Below are positions 38,614 through 49,869 of a DNA stretch of 64,000 nt, in pieces (within the stretch, counting starts at the first letter, position 1; every line of letters starts with the position of its first letter). The notes beneath the pieces are model-generated. The model saw only the letters and a list, made by a program, of their open reading frames with translations, had not been told where the DNA came from and made no database searches. The stretch covers positions 19,958-83,957 of the forward strand of contig CAZGKI010000010.1 in assembly GCA_964526345.1 (NCBI GenBank). The letters run 5' to 3'. This DNA comes from an uncultured Rikenellaceae bacterium (lineage in GTDB: Bacteria; Bacteroidota; Bacteroidia; Bacteroidales; VadinHA17). The position numbers and the translations under genes are program-made.

Positions 38614-39492
38614 TTATTTTAGTTCTTCAGCTGTTTTTTGTATCCTGCTGAAAATTGTTTTGCTAACTGGAACCAGTGGCAACCTTAAATTGTTCTGGCA
38701 CAGGTTCATAACATTGAGAAATGCTTTGACACCGGCAGGGTTGCCATCAGCAAACATCAATTCAATAATCTCCATAAACCGGAATTGCATCTCTCTGGCT
38801 GCTTTGAAATTATTTTTTAAAGCCTGGTTAACAAGTTCACTGCATCCTACCGGATAAGCATTGGCCAGTACAGAAATGACCCCGGCCCCTCCAGCTGCAA
38901 TTATCGGAATAGTCATCATATCATCTCCTGAAAGGACAATGAAATTTTCGGGTTTACCTTTTAATATCTTCATTATCTGCACTATATCGCCCGAAGCTTC
39001 CTTAATCCCAATAATGTTCTCACACTCGTGGGCGAGTTCCAGGCAGGTCTCTGCAGATATGTTGCTGCTCGTTCTTCCCGGAACATTATAGATTATTATA
39101 GGCAATGGACTGAATGTGGCTATTGCTTTGAAATGCTGGAATATACCTCGCTGACCCGGCTTATTATAATAGGGAGCTACAGATAAAATACCGTCAGCAC
39201 CAGTGAGATCATACTCTCTTATTGATGTTATTACCTCCTGCGTATTATTTCCTCCGATACCAACAACAAGAGGCACGCGGTTATCTATTGCTTCAACAAC
39301 ATATGATATCAATGCCTGTTTTTCATCCCTGGTAAGTGTCGATGCTTCACCGGTTGTTCCCATTGCAACAATGTAATTAACCCCTCCTTTTATGACATGA
39401 TTGATAACACGGCCAAAAGCATTAAAATCTATACTTGAGTCATTTTTGAAAGGTGTGACTATAGCCACACCTGTACCTTTAAATCTTTTCAT
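38614..39492 (-). CDS. dapA: 4-hydroxy-tetrahydrodipicolinate synthase
   Basis: 'GTGVAIVTPF', 'GTTGEASTL', 'APYYNKP' and the catalytic-Lys context 'IIGIKEASGD'. Confidence 0.9.
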   Translation of the reverse strand: MKRFKGTGVAIVTPFKNDSSIDFNAFGRVINHVIKGGVNYIVAMGTTGEASTLTRDEKQALISYVVEAIDNRVPLVVGIGGNNTQEVITSIREYDLTGADGILSVAPYYNKPGQRGIFQHFKAIATFSPLPIIIYNVPGRTSSNISAETCLELAHECENIIGIKEASGDIVQIMKILKGKPENFIVLSGDDMMTIPIIAAGGAGVISVLANAYPVGCSELVNQALKNNFKAAREMQFRFMEIIELMFADGNPAGVKAFLNVMNLCQNNLRLPLVPVSKTIFSRIQKTAEELK

Positions 39493-39498
39493 ATTGTT

Positions 39499-40071
39499 CT
39501 ATTTGTCAACTTGATTTGAAGTGCCTGAGTTTATAATTTCAAGGTAATGCACAATTTCGGTCAGGTAATTATCTACCTGAACAGGTTTCTTAAGCTCTAT
39601 CATTAAATCAAAAGCCGGGCTGTTTTTATCAGGGTCAAATAGCCCAACCTTAAATCTGGCTGCAGACATGGAAGTTATATAATACAGAGGTAATACTTTA
39701 TCAAAATTAATATCAATAAGAATGTCAAAAGGATTTCTTATAAAGAAATCTGTTTCTGCTGAAACCGGAAGATGGAAAAAGTTAAGTTCATTTCTCCTGA
39801 TGCATGACAGGAATCTTATCGCGGTATATTGATCAGGAAGTTCCTTTCCCGCGTAATATCCGATAACTTTTACATTAATATTCCTCTCATTCATTTTCTG
39901 GAAGAACTGTGAAATACTGGTGAATTCCTTAACCCAGGAAGCATCCCATACTATTCCAATACTTTTAACTTCGCTAAAATGGGAATAGTATCCTTTTCTT
40001 TTAATCTTTGCAATCCTTTTTGCAAGAATTGAATTCCCTGTTTTCAGCCTGGCTTTTTTGAATAGTTCCAT
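39499..40071 (-). CDS. Hypothetical protein (between ligA and dapA)
   Basis: A 190-aa ORF tightly spaced with dapA (6-nt gap). I recognise no motif. Confidence 0.5.
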   Translation of the reverse strand: MELFKKARLKTGNSILAKRIAKIKRKGYYSHFSEVKSIGIVWDASWVKEFTSISQFFQKMNERNINVKVIGYYAGKELPDQYTAIRFLSCIRRNELNFFHLPVSAETDFFIRNPFDILIDINFDKVLPLYYITSMSAARFKVGLFDPDKNSPAFDLMIELKKPVQVDNYLTEIVHYLEIINSGTSNQVDK

Positions 40072-40117
40072 AATACAAACCTAACAGTTTTTTGTTAATG
40101 TGCGCGAGCCATAAAAA

Positions 40118-42133
<2,016 letters not shown>

Positions 42134-42176
42134 TTAAGGTATTATTGTATCGGGATTTCAATCAGACAATTTTGTA

Positions 42177-43313
42177 TCAGTTCCAGACACCCTTAATTTC
42201 GAATCCGCATTTGTTACATTTACCATTAGAAATATTATTTAATGTAACCCTGAATCCCTGCCTGGCAATAACCGTTGTTCCACATGAAGGACAAATGGTA
42301 TCAGCTGCCTCATTGCCCGGAACATTACCTATATAAATATATTTAATTCCTTCACCTGCTGCGACTTTTGCCGCATTCTTCAGAATATCAACCGGAGTAG
42401 GGGGCAGCTGTTCAAGTTTGTAGACCGGGTAGAATCTGCTGAAATGGAGAGGTGTATCCCGGAATCCATTGTCGCTTAACCATTTACACATTTTCCCAAT
42501 CTCATCAATATTGTCGCTCCATGTAGGGACGATAAGATTTGTAATTTCAAGCCAGACTCCCATATCCTTGTATATTTTCAGAGAATCAAGGACCGGCTGT
42601 AATTTCCCTCCGGTCAGTTTCAGGTATGTGCTGTCATTGAACGACTTAAGATCAATATTGGCAGCATCTGCAACTGAACATAGTTTCTTTAAAGGCTCAG
42701 GATTTATATAACCGTTGGATTTTATAATATTTTTTATCCCGGCTTTTCGCGCAAGTGTAGCTGTTTCAAAAGCGTATTCATAAAATGTTACAGGTTCTGA
42801 ATAAGTATATGCGATTGACCGGCATTTATTTTTTGAAGCTTCCGTAACTACTTTTTCTGGCATCAGGTCATAATTCATTGTTTTATCAGGACTGGTCTGA
42901 GAGATGGTCCAGTTCTGGCAATTGAGACATACGAGGTTGCATCCGGCAGTGGCAATTGAATAAGCTCTCGACCCCGGGAAAAAATGATATAAAGGTTTCT
43001 TCTCAACCGGATCAATATTTACCGAACACGGGTTCCCAAATGCCATGGTATAAAGTTTTGAATTGTGAACCTTGCGATTATTGCATTGGCTGACTTCTCC
43101 TTCTTTGAGGACACATTCGTTGGGACAAATCCTGCACATTATTCCCCGCGGAGTCTCTTCCTGGAACATAGCTTCTCTTTTATAAATATCCTGTCCGGGA
43201 GTAAGTATTTCACCTGAAAAAACTGACCGCGGAAAACACACCATACCCGAAGATAATGCCAGGCACTTTTTCAGGAAGATCCTTTTACTCTTATCAAAAT
43301 CCTTGCGTGTCAT
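42177..43313 (-). CDS. AmmeMemoRadiSam-system radical SAM enzyme with an N-terminal Tat-like extension
   Basis: 'CRICPNECVLKEGEVSQC', 'DPVEKKPLYHFFPGS' and the radical SAM 'GCNLVCLNCQNW'. The first ~45 aa, 'MTRKDFDKSKRIFLKKCLALSSGMVCF', resemble a Tat leader. Confidence 0.8.
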   Translation of the reverse strand: MTRKDFDKSKRIFLKKCLALSSGMVCFPRSVFSGEILTPGQDIYKREAMFQEETPRGIMCRICPNECVLKEGEVSQCNNRKVHNSKLYTMAFGNPCSVNIDPVEKKPLYHFFPGSRAYSIATAGCNLVCLNCQNWTISQTSPDKTMNYDLMPEKVVTEASKNKCRSIAYTYSEPVTFYEYAFETATLARKAGIKNIIKSNGYINPEPLKKLCSVADAANIDLKSFNDSTYLKLTGGKLQPVLDSLKIYKDMGVWLEITNLIVPTWSDNIDEIGKMCKWLSDNGFRDTPLHFSRFYPVYKLEQLPPTPVDILKNAAKVAAGEGIKYIYIGNVPGNEAADTICPSCGTTVIARQGFRVTLNNISNGKCNKCGFEIKGVWN

Positions 43314-43350
43314 TTTGAGTGATAGTATATATAATTATGAAATAAAACTA

Positions 43351-45774
43351 CTATTTGTTCCTGGTTGTTCCAAACAGAATTCCCGCAAATATCAGTATCG
43401 ACAGGAAAAATATTGAGGCTTTTATTCCGAAAGCAGGTAACACAATACCTGAAATAATTATAAAACCCAGTGCTGAACCTGCCAGGTCTGCGCTGTATGT
43501 CGATCCGGGTGAAGTGATAGTTTTCCCGGGCATGGTTAGTTCGCGAAAAATGTTACCTGTCAGACAGGATGGTACGAGCGTTGACAATAAAATAATAATA
43601 AGGGCTGGCGTCGCTGCTTTGAAAACCATAATATAATTAAAGCAGAGGGCTATGCAGCAATAGTAGATAATCAGGAAGAGAGCTTTTATATTTATGGAAA
43701 CCGAAGTCAGAAATTTCAATTCTATGCCTGAACCAAGAGCAAGACCTCCCATCAGGAACGCCAGTATCATTCCTGTAAACTGGTACATATTACCGACTGT
43801 AAGCTGGAGAGTCAGAAGTATAATAATTTCAAATCCCGCTAGAGCGGAGGCGCTAGCATACATTAGAAGATTTCTTCTGCGAACTGCCAGAACCGGAAAT
43901 GCGAAGACCAGTACAAGCAGAACAATTGCTGGGGTCTTCTCACTTAGGTCTTTACTGAAATTAAACGACTGAAAATGGAAACAGGCTACAGGATAAGCCG
44001 ACCTGTTCTGCTGAACTTCATGATCCATGGCGGACATGACTTCATTGGATCTTCTTTCAATAAGATCATCAGCCAGGTAATCTGAACTGACGTAGATATT
44101 GTTAATTTTACGCTCCTCTGTCAGATGACAGATTGAATCTGACAACTCTTCATCAGAAGCAATAAGATACAACTTGTTCCCAACGATCGGGATTACATAC
44201 CTGAAAACCCCGGAAAGAGAATTAAAAATCGATGAACAGAGATTCCTCGATTCTTTGTTTAGATAGTTGTCACCTGATCCCGGAGAGCACATGAACACTC
44301 CTCCGGGTACAAGACTCTTCTTCACATCGCTGAAGAATTCTGAAGTATAGTATCTGTTTAAAGAGAAAGTAGATGGAGGAGGAAGAAGAAGTATAATGGC
44401 GTCGAGCTTTTCTCTGGTGTTCCTAAGGTACCTGAAAGCATCAGTATTCTCAATAATGAGATCTGCAGGTCCATTATAAGGCTCCGATAAGGCAGTTTTT
44501 GTAAGTGCCGGATCCCTCTCAATATAGATTATCTTCTTAACCTGATATTTAAGGATCTCGGGCAGATGAGACGCAAGAGAACCAGATATCATAAGTACCT
44601 TCTCAGGATGGGCTCTCTGCAGCAAAGCATAATGAATATCCTCTTCTCTTTCAATAGCGTCGTCATTATATGCAAGAAGTCTCTGGTTGTAATAAATACT
44701 CTCTTCTCCTGAAAGGATGCCTTTGGTTATATTTCCATAAGGTGTATCTTCAGTTTCTTTTACTTTTATACCCGGCAATAATAACTTTCTGAAATAGATA
44801 TCAGGATGTGAGAGAAGAACCACTGAAATAATAATTACAAAGAGTGTTTTAACCAGTAATTTTAAATTCCTCCTGAAAATATAGAAAGTCAGAGTTGTGT
44901 AAGCCAGCGTTAAAAAAATTATCGTCAGCAGAAGCTGGTAGGTATTAAGGATTCCAGCCGTCAGCAACGATAACAGAATTCCTGCTGCTATGCCGCCTGT
45001 GGTCTCGATGGAAAATGATCGTCCGGGATTAATGCTATTCTCATTTCTGGCAGCAGATATCAGTTTTACAAAAGTGAATCCGGAAACCAGGCAAAAAGGA
45101 ATCAGTAACAGGAAAGTGAAGATCATACTTAAAAGAAATGAAGGAGTCTCTCCGGTTTCCAGGAGAAGTCTTGATAACAAGATCATCAGAGCCAATGAAA
45201 TAAGGGGACTGACAGAAAAGGCCAGGTTTATCTTCCTGATATCATTAAGACCTGATTTTCCTGCAATTGCTGCCCCTGCAGCTGAAGCAATCAGCCACGA
45301 TCCAAGGAAAACCCCGGCTATAAGCTCATATCCTCCCGAAATATTCATTATTTCCCTCATCATGAGAAACTGAACCGAGGTGCTAGTAAAGCCAACAATA
45401 AAAAGATTTGAGAGAACTGAATAGAAGGTTGGTTTAGTAAAAGGCTGATCAACAGAATGATAATCTGTCGCTTTAAACAATGTCCCGTAATACTTCAGAT
45501 GCCATAAAAAGTGAAATATTCCCGTTAAACCAAGAGAAACACCAATTTCAACATGCCATTTAAGTATCGATTTGATAAAGGGGATATTCCATTTGTAGTT
45601 TATCTGCAAAGCCATAAAAATACCTGCAATTGCAGTAAAAAGAAAGGTAATAGCAAGTACGCTGTTCCAGAGTTTTCTGTGGACGGCCTGAGAATAAAAA
45701 CCCAGACTGTAAAAAGAGAAACTGATTAAATATAGTATGGAAATTGTTATGCCGGTACCTATAACATGATACAT
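43351..45774 (-). CDS. Polytopic membrane protein with a central spermidine-synthase-like (class I MTase fold) domain
   Basis: 807 aa. Many TM helices occupy both ends. The central 'KVLMISGSLASHL...IIYIERDP...ENTDAFRYL...LDAIILLLPPPST...YYTSEFF...LVPGGVF' aligns with SpeE motifs, but key Gly/Asp residues are changed. Confidence 0.7.
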   Translation of the reverse strand: MYHVIGTGITISILYLISFSFYSLGFYSQAVHRKLWNSVLAITFLFTAIAGIFMALQINYKWNIPFIKSILKWHVEIGVSLGLTGIFHFLWHLKYYGTLFKATDYHSVDQPFTKPTFYSVLSNLFIVGFTSTSVQFLMMREIMNISGGYELIAGVFLGSWLIASAAGAAIAGKSGLNDIRKINLAFSVSPLISLALMILLSRLLLETGETPSFLLSMIFTFLLLIPFCLVSGFTFVKLISAARNENSINPGRSFSIETTGGIAAGILLSLLTAGILNTYQLLLTIIFLTLAYTTLTFYIFRRNLKLLVKTLFVIIISVVLLSHPDIYFRKLLLPGIKVKETEDTPYGNITKGILSGEESIYYNQRLLAYNDDAIEREEDIHYALLQRAHPEKVLMISGSLASHLPEILKYQVKKIIYIERDPALTKTALSEPYNGPADLIIENTDAFRYLRNTREKLDAIILLLPPPSTFSLNRYYTSEFFSDVKKSLVPGGVFMCSPGSGDNYLNKESRNLCSSIFNSLSGVFRYVIPIVGNKLYLIASDEELSDSICHLTEERKINNIYVSSDYLADDLIERRSNEVMSAMDHEVQQNRSAYPVACFHFQSFNFSKDLSEKTPAIVLLVLVFAFPVLAVRRRNLLMYASASALAGFEIIILLTLQLTVGNMYQFTGMILAFLMGGLALGSGIELKFLTSVSINIKALFLIIYYCCIALCFNYIMVFKAATPALIIILLSTLVPSCLTGNIFRELTMPGKTITSPGSTYSADLAGSALGFIIISGIVLPAFGIKASIFFLSILIFAGILFGTTRNK

Positions 45775-45776
45775 AG

Positions 45777-47300
45777 TTACTTTTTATTTTCTTCAAGCAC
45801 CATACCATCATATATGTAGATATCAGCGTTTTTCCATCCATCCCATCCCAGGCCAGCCTTATCTCGTGATGTATAGCCAAGAAATTCTTCGACTGTCCAT
45901 CCATACTCTGTGGCTACCTGCGGAAGCATGGTTCCTGACCGGAAATCTTTCTTTATACAAATCCCATGCTTCCCCAGGACAATCTCGTTAATATTATTTA
46001 TTTTTTTAAGTGGACCAAGAACAGTTATTTCTATTTCAACCTTATCATATTCCTCTTTTGTAAGAGGGCGGAACCGGGGATCCTCAAAAGCCGAGGACAA
46101 AGCTGAGGCTCGCACTAAATCATAAAGAGGATCTGAAGATGATTGAAACCTTCCGATGCAACCTCTCAGGACTCCATTAATTTTCAGTGTAACAAAGACT
46201 CCGAGATGTTGCTTTAGAGCTTCAGGAACCTTATTCACATCAATTATGTAAGGTTTTTTATCGAATAGCTTTGCATTGATAGCATTTCTTGCAATTGCAA
46301 ATAACTGCTCCTTTTCTTTTTCATTAAAATGGAACTCCTCTGATGAATTAGTTGCGCTTTTTGAAGCTGAAGGTTTTTCAACTAATGCAATGGCATTATA
46401 ACCAACTACTTCCGTTTTATTCCCATGAGGAGAATCACCGGAATTACAGTAATCTATCTTCTGAAACGCCAGTTGTTTATTCCCTTCGGCCAGGTATAGC
46501 AGCATAAGACCGGAGGTCGATCCGCACATGCTTGTTACCAGTCCGGGAATATTTTTTGCAGCATTCTTTTTAAGTACAGACAAAAAATTCTTTGGATCTC
46601 CTGAAATAATAGCTTCTGCAGTCAGACTATCATTGATAATTGCATCGTTGTAAGGAGGATAGTGAGAAAAATCACTGCTTATAACAAACAGATTTTCAGG
46701 TACAAAATAGGGCTTCATAGCTTCAGCGATGGTTTTTATTGTGCTGGTATTATCTGTGCCAATGATGATTGGTACTATTTTGGGTGTATTTTTATAATAA
46801 TACTGAATAAATGGCACCTGCACTTCGATACTATGTTCCCTGGTGTGCGCATCGACAGGGAAATTAAAAACTTTATTCGAATTCTTTATTTTGCCCGCAA
46901 TTGTTCTGTTAACAACAGCCCTTCCCAGTGGAGTGATAAAATCTCCTATGTCATATACTGATGCTCCGTTAAAAGCCATTATGTGGCTTGATCCGATAAT
47001 GAAAATATTTTTATATGCGGCATCTCTTGAGGTAGCCGAAAAAGATGATGCGGCAATTTTGCCTGAAAAAACATATCCTGCATGAGGACATATTATTGCT
47101 CTTACATTTCCTGCTATATTCGGCTTCTTGCAATCAGCAAACATAACAGTTAAATCTTTTGTCAGTGTCTCTTTGTCTGCAGGATAAAACGATCCGGCTA
47201 CAGCCGGCCTTCTGTCAATTGCTATATTCTGGGAATTAAGTTCCATAATACCAAAGATTGAAAGCAAAACAATTAATACTACGCGCATAATAATAAACAT
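45777..47300 (-). CDS. Fused AmmeMemoRadiSam system protein B (Memo-like) and protein A (AMMECR1 domain), with an N-terminal hydrophobic leader
   Basis: The Memo part has 'RRPAVAGSFYPAD', 'CPHAGYVFSG', 'IIGSSH', 'SSDFSHYP' and 'MCGSTSG'. The AMMECR1 part has 'GVFVTLKINGVLRGCIGRF' and 'AFEDPRF'. The leader is 'MFIIMRVVLIVLLSIFGI'. Confidence 0.8.
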   Translation of the reverse strand: MFIIMRVVLIVLLSIFGIMELNSQNIAIDRRPAVAGSFYPADKETLTKDLTVMFADCKKPNIAGNVRAIICPHAGYVFSGKIAASSFSATSRDAAYKNIFIIGSSHIMAFNGASVYDIGDFITPLGRAVVNRTIAGKIKNSNKVFNFPVDAHTREHSIEVQVPFIQYYYKNTPKIVPIIIGTDNTSTIKTIAEAMKPYFVPENLFVISSDFSHYPPYNDAIINDSLTAEAIISGDPKNFLSVLKKNAAKNIPGLVTSMCGSTSGLMLLYLAEGNKQLAFQKIDYCNSGDSPHGNKTEVVGYNAIALVEKPSASKSATNSSEEFHFNEKEKEQLFAIARNAINAKLFDKKPYIIDVNKVPEALKQHLGVFVTLKINGVLRGCIGRFQSSSDPLYDLVRASALSSAFEDPRFRPLTKEEYDKVEIEITVLGPLKKINNINEIVLGKHGICIKKDFRSGTMLPQVATEYGWTVEEFLGYTSRDKAGLGWDGWKNADIYIYDGMVLEENKK

Positions 47301-47369
47301 GTTTGGCGTAATAAAGTTATGCCAAAAAAACGAAGTAATTATTATTTGAAAGGATTAGTTTTTAACTTG

Positions 47370-47825
47370 TCAAAGCAGGACCATTGACTCTTTAATTATC
47401 TCCCCATTGTCATCAGTGCCATAAATCTTGATTCCAAGGCTGACAGAAGGAGTCCCAATCATATTAATAATAGGACTAAGAGCATCTTTCAGATCTTCGA
47501 TTTCCATGCTGTCGAAATCTTCTATGTTGAAGTAAAGATGAATTATCAGGGTGTTTTCGGGTCCTTTGATCTGGCCAAGGACCTTTATTACTTTTGCCAG
47601 CCAGAGTGAAGATGCTGTGTTGAAATAATCAAGGTTAAGCCTGAGATTTGTTATATATCGAGGATTATTGATGTATTGTGTAACCCATTTAAGGACATCT
47701 TCATAAGTATCAGCGGGATTCTCAGGTATTGAACGCCCCGACAAAATCAATTCACCCGTAAGGGGATTAAAATCTAACTGCGGAGTCTTCTTTGTTGGCT
47801 CCTTTAACAAACTTTTAAGATACAC
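47370..47825 (-). CDS. DUF1987/SiaC-family protein
   Basis: 'TPQLDFNPLTGELILSGRSIPENPADTYEDVLKWV' and 'LRLNLDYFNTASS' parallel P. aeruginosa SiaC ('GDSYPEN', 'YLNTSS'). GTG start. Confidence 0.6.
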   Translation of the reverse strand: MYLKSLLKEPTKKTPQLDFNPLTGELILSGRSIPENPADTYEDVLKWVTQYINNPRYITNLRLNLDYFNTASSLWLAKVIKVLGQIKGPENTLIIHLYFNIEDFDSMEIEDLKDALSPIINMIGTPSVSLGIKIYGTDDNGEIIKESMVLL

Positions 47826-48021
47826 CCGTTATTTAAATAAGTAAAAAAATTATTTCCCATTCAAAAATATAAAACTCTATTTAGAGTATTCTCATGCTTC
47901 ATCAAAATTAAAGGTGCAATTGTCAAATAATTCTCTCTGTTTGCATAAAGTGATCGCTTTTGCTGGTTTTTATCTTCTGGTTTTTGGTTCTGTATTGTTG
48001 GATGTCAATATATTTAAATAT

Positions 48022-48029
48022 TATCTTTG
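48022..48029 (+). promoter_or_regulatory. Bacteroidota-type -7 promoter box (TATCTTTG)
   Basis: Exact TAnnTTTG match 23 nt upstream of the argS ATG. Confidence 0.5.
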
Positions 48030-48051
48030 CGGCTGAAATTGCAGACAACAG

Positions 48052-49839
48052 ATGGAGAATTTACTTAAGGACAAGATCAAGGAGGCTGTCAGGGTTTTAT
48101 ATAACCACGATGTTACTGATGACCTGATCCAGATTCAGGAAACACGGAAAGACTTTAAAGGAGACTTTACACTGGTTGTATTCCCTTTGCTGAGGTTCTC
48201 TAAAAACACACCTGAAAAAACGGGCGAGACAATTGGCACACATCTGGTCGATAATTTTCCGGCAGTCTTGGGTTTCAATGTAATAAAAGGTTTCCTGAAT
48301 CTTGAAATATCTGATGCCTGGTGGATAAGATACTTCAGCGATCTGGCTGCAGAAACAGATGTTCTTTCCCGATGCAAGGTTTCTGACCCTGAGATTGTAC
48401 TTGTCGAATACTCTTCTCCGAATACAAATAAACCGCTTCATCTGGGTCATATACGCAATAATCTCCTTGGTTATTCTCTTTACAGGATCCTGTCGGCTTG
48501 CGGTCACAGAGTGATCAAAACAAATATTGTTAATGACCGTGGTATACACATTTGCAAATCGATGCTGGCATGGCAGAAATATGGAAATGGAGAGACCCCC
48601 GCTTCTTCAGGGATAAAAGGTGATCACCTCGTTGGTAAATATTATGTCCTGTTTGAGAAGGAATATAAAAAACAGTCTGAGGATCTTATTAATAGAGGTA
48701 TTGATGAAAATGAAGCCAGGAATTCGGCTCCTGTGATGAAGGAAGCCAGGGAAATGCTTTTAAAATGGGAATCCGGCGATAAGGAGATCATGGATCTTTG
48801 GAAAATGATGAATTCCTGGGTTTATACCGGATTCGATGAGACATACAGAACAATGGGCGTGGATTTTGACAAAATATATTATGAATCTGATACTTATAAA
48901 ATAGGAAAAGATATCGTACTTTCTGCATTGAATGATAACGTTCTCTACCGTAAAGACGATAGTTCAATATGGGCTGATCTCAGCGATGAGGGCTTAGATC
49001 AGAAGCTCCTGCTCAGATCCGATGGAACTGCCGTTTATATGACTCAGGACCTTGGGACTGCAGTTCTCAGGCAGAACGAATATGGTTTTAACAGGTGCAT
49101 TTATGTAGTTGGCAATGAGCAGAATTATCATTTCCAGGTACTTAAGGCAGTCCTTAAGAAAATGGGATATAGCTGGGCCGATGGCCTTTATCATTTCTCT
49201 TATGGTATGGTTGAGCTTCCTGAAGGTAAAATGAAATCGCGCGAAGGAACAGTCGTTGATGCTGATGACCTTATCAGCGAAATGAAGGAAACAGCCAGGG
49301 AGGTATCACTCGAACTTGGAAAGCTTTCAGATTATTCTGAGGGAGAAAAAGAAGAGATATTCGGGAAAATCGGGCTCGGTGCATTAAAGTATTTTATCCT
49401 GAAAGTGGACCCGCGAAAAAATATGACCTTTAATCCAGCAGAATCCATTGATTTTAATGGTAATACAGGACCATTTATCCAGTATACCTATGCAAGAATC
49501 CAATCCGTTTTCAGGAAGGCGGAACAAATGGGAATAAATTATGATTATGCCGTTTCACCTGAAACAAAGGTTGGTGAAAAAGAACTGGTGCTGGTAAAAT
49601 TACTTCGCCGTTTTACCGGGACTGTTTCTGAGGCAGCTATTGGCTATTCTCCTGCTTTGGTAGCAAATTATTGTTATGAGCTGGCTAAAGAATACAACCA
49701 GTTTTATCACGATTTTTCCATCCTTGGCGAAACTGATAAATCGATACGCAATTTCCGCCTTGTGCTCTCGAAAGCCACAAGCAACATATTGAATTCAGGA
49801 ATGTGGTTACTGGGCATTGAAATGCCGGAAAGAATGTAG
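48052..49839 (+). CDS. argS: Arginine--tRNA ligase
   Basis: 'VEYSSPNTNKPLHLGHIRN' (HIGH region), class I core, and a C-terminal anticodon-binding 'YCYELAKEYNQFY...ERM'. Confidence 0.95.
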   Translation: MENLLKDKIKEAVRVLYNHDVTDDLIQIQETRKDFKGDFTLVVFPLLRFSKNTPEKTGETIGTHLVDNFPAVLGFNVIKGFLNLEISDAWWIRYFSDLAAETDVLSRCKVSDPEIVLVEYSSPNTNKPLHLGHIRNNLLGYSLYRILSACGHRVIKTNIVNDRGIHICKSMLAWQKYGNGETPASSGIKGDHLVGKYYVLFEKEYKKQSEDLINRGIDENEARNSAPVMKEAREMLLKWESGDKEIMDLWKMMNSWVYTGFDETYRTMGVDFDKIYYESDTYKIGKDIVLSALNDNVLYRKDDSSIWADLSDEGLDQKLLLRSDGTAVYMTQDLGTAVLRQNEYGFNRCIYVVGNEQNYHFQVLKAVLKKMGYSWADGLYHFSYGMVELPEGKMKSREGTVVDADDLISEMKETAREVSLELGKLSDYSEGEKEEIFGKIGLGALKYFILKVDPRKNMTFNPAESIDFNGNTGPFIQYTYARIQSVFRKAEQMGINYDYAVSPETKVGEKELVLVKLLRRFTGTVSEAAIGYSPALVANYCYELAKEYNQFYHDFSILGETDKSIRNFRLVLSKATSNILNSGMWLLGIEMPERM

Positions 49840-49869
49840 ATATGTTTAATATTAGCAACTTGTTTGGAT

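Noticed and set aside
47963-47985. Direct repeat CTGGTTTTT x2 (14-nt spacing) upstream of argS
   Set aside because: It is short and T-rich in an AT-rich spacer. It has no symmetry or partner elements, so it is insufficient to call a regulatory site or leader.
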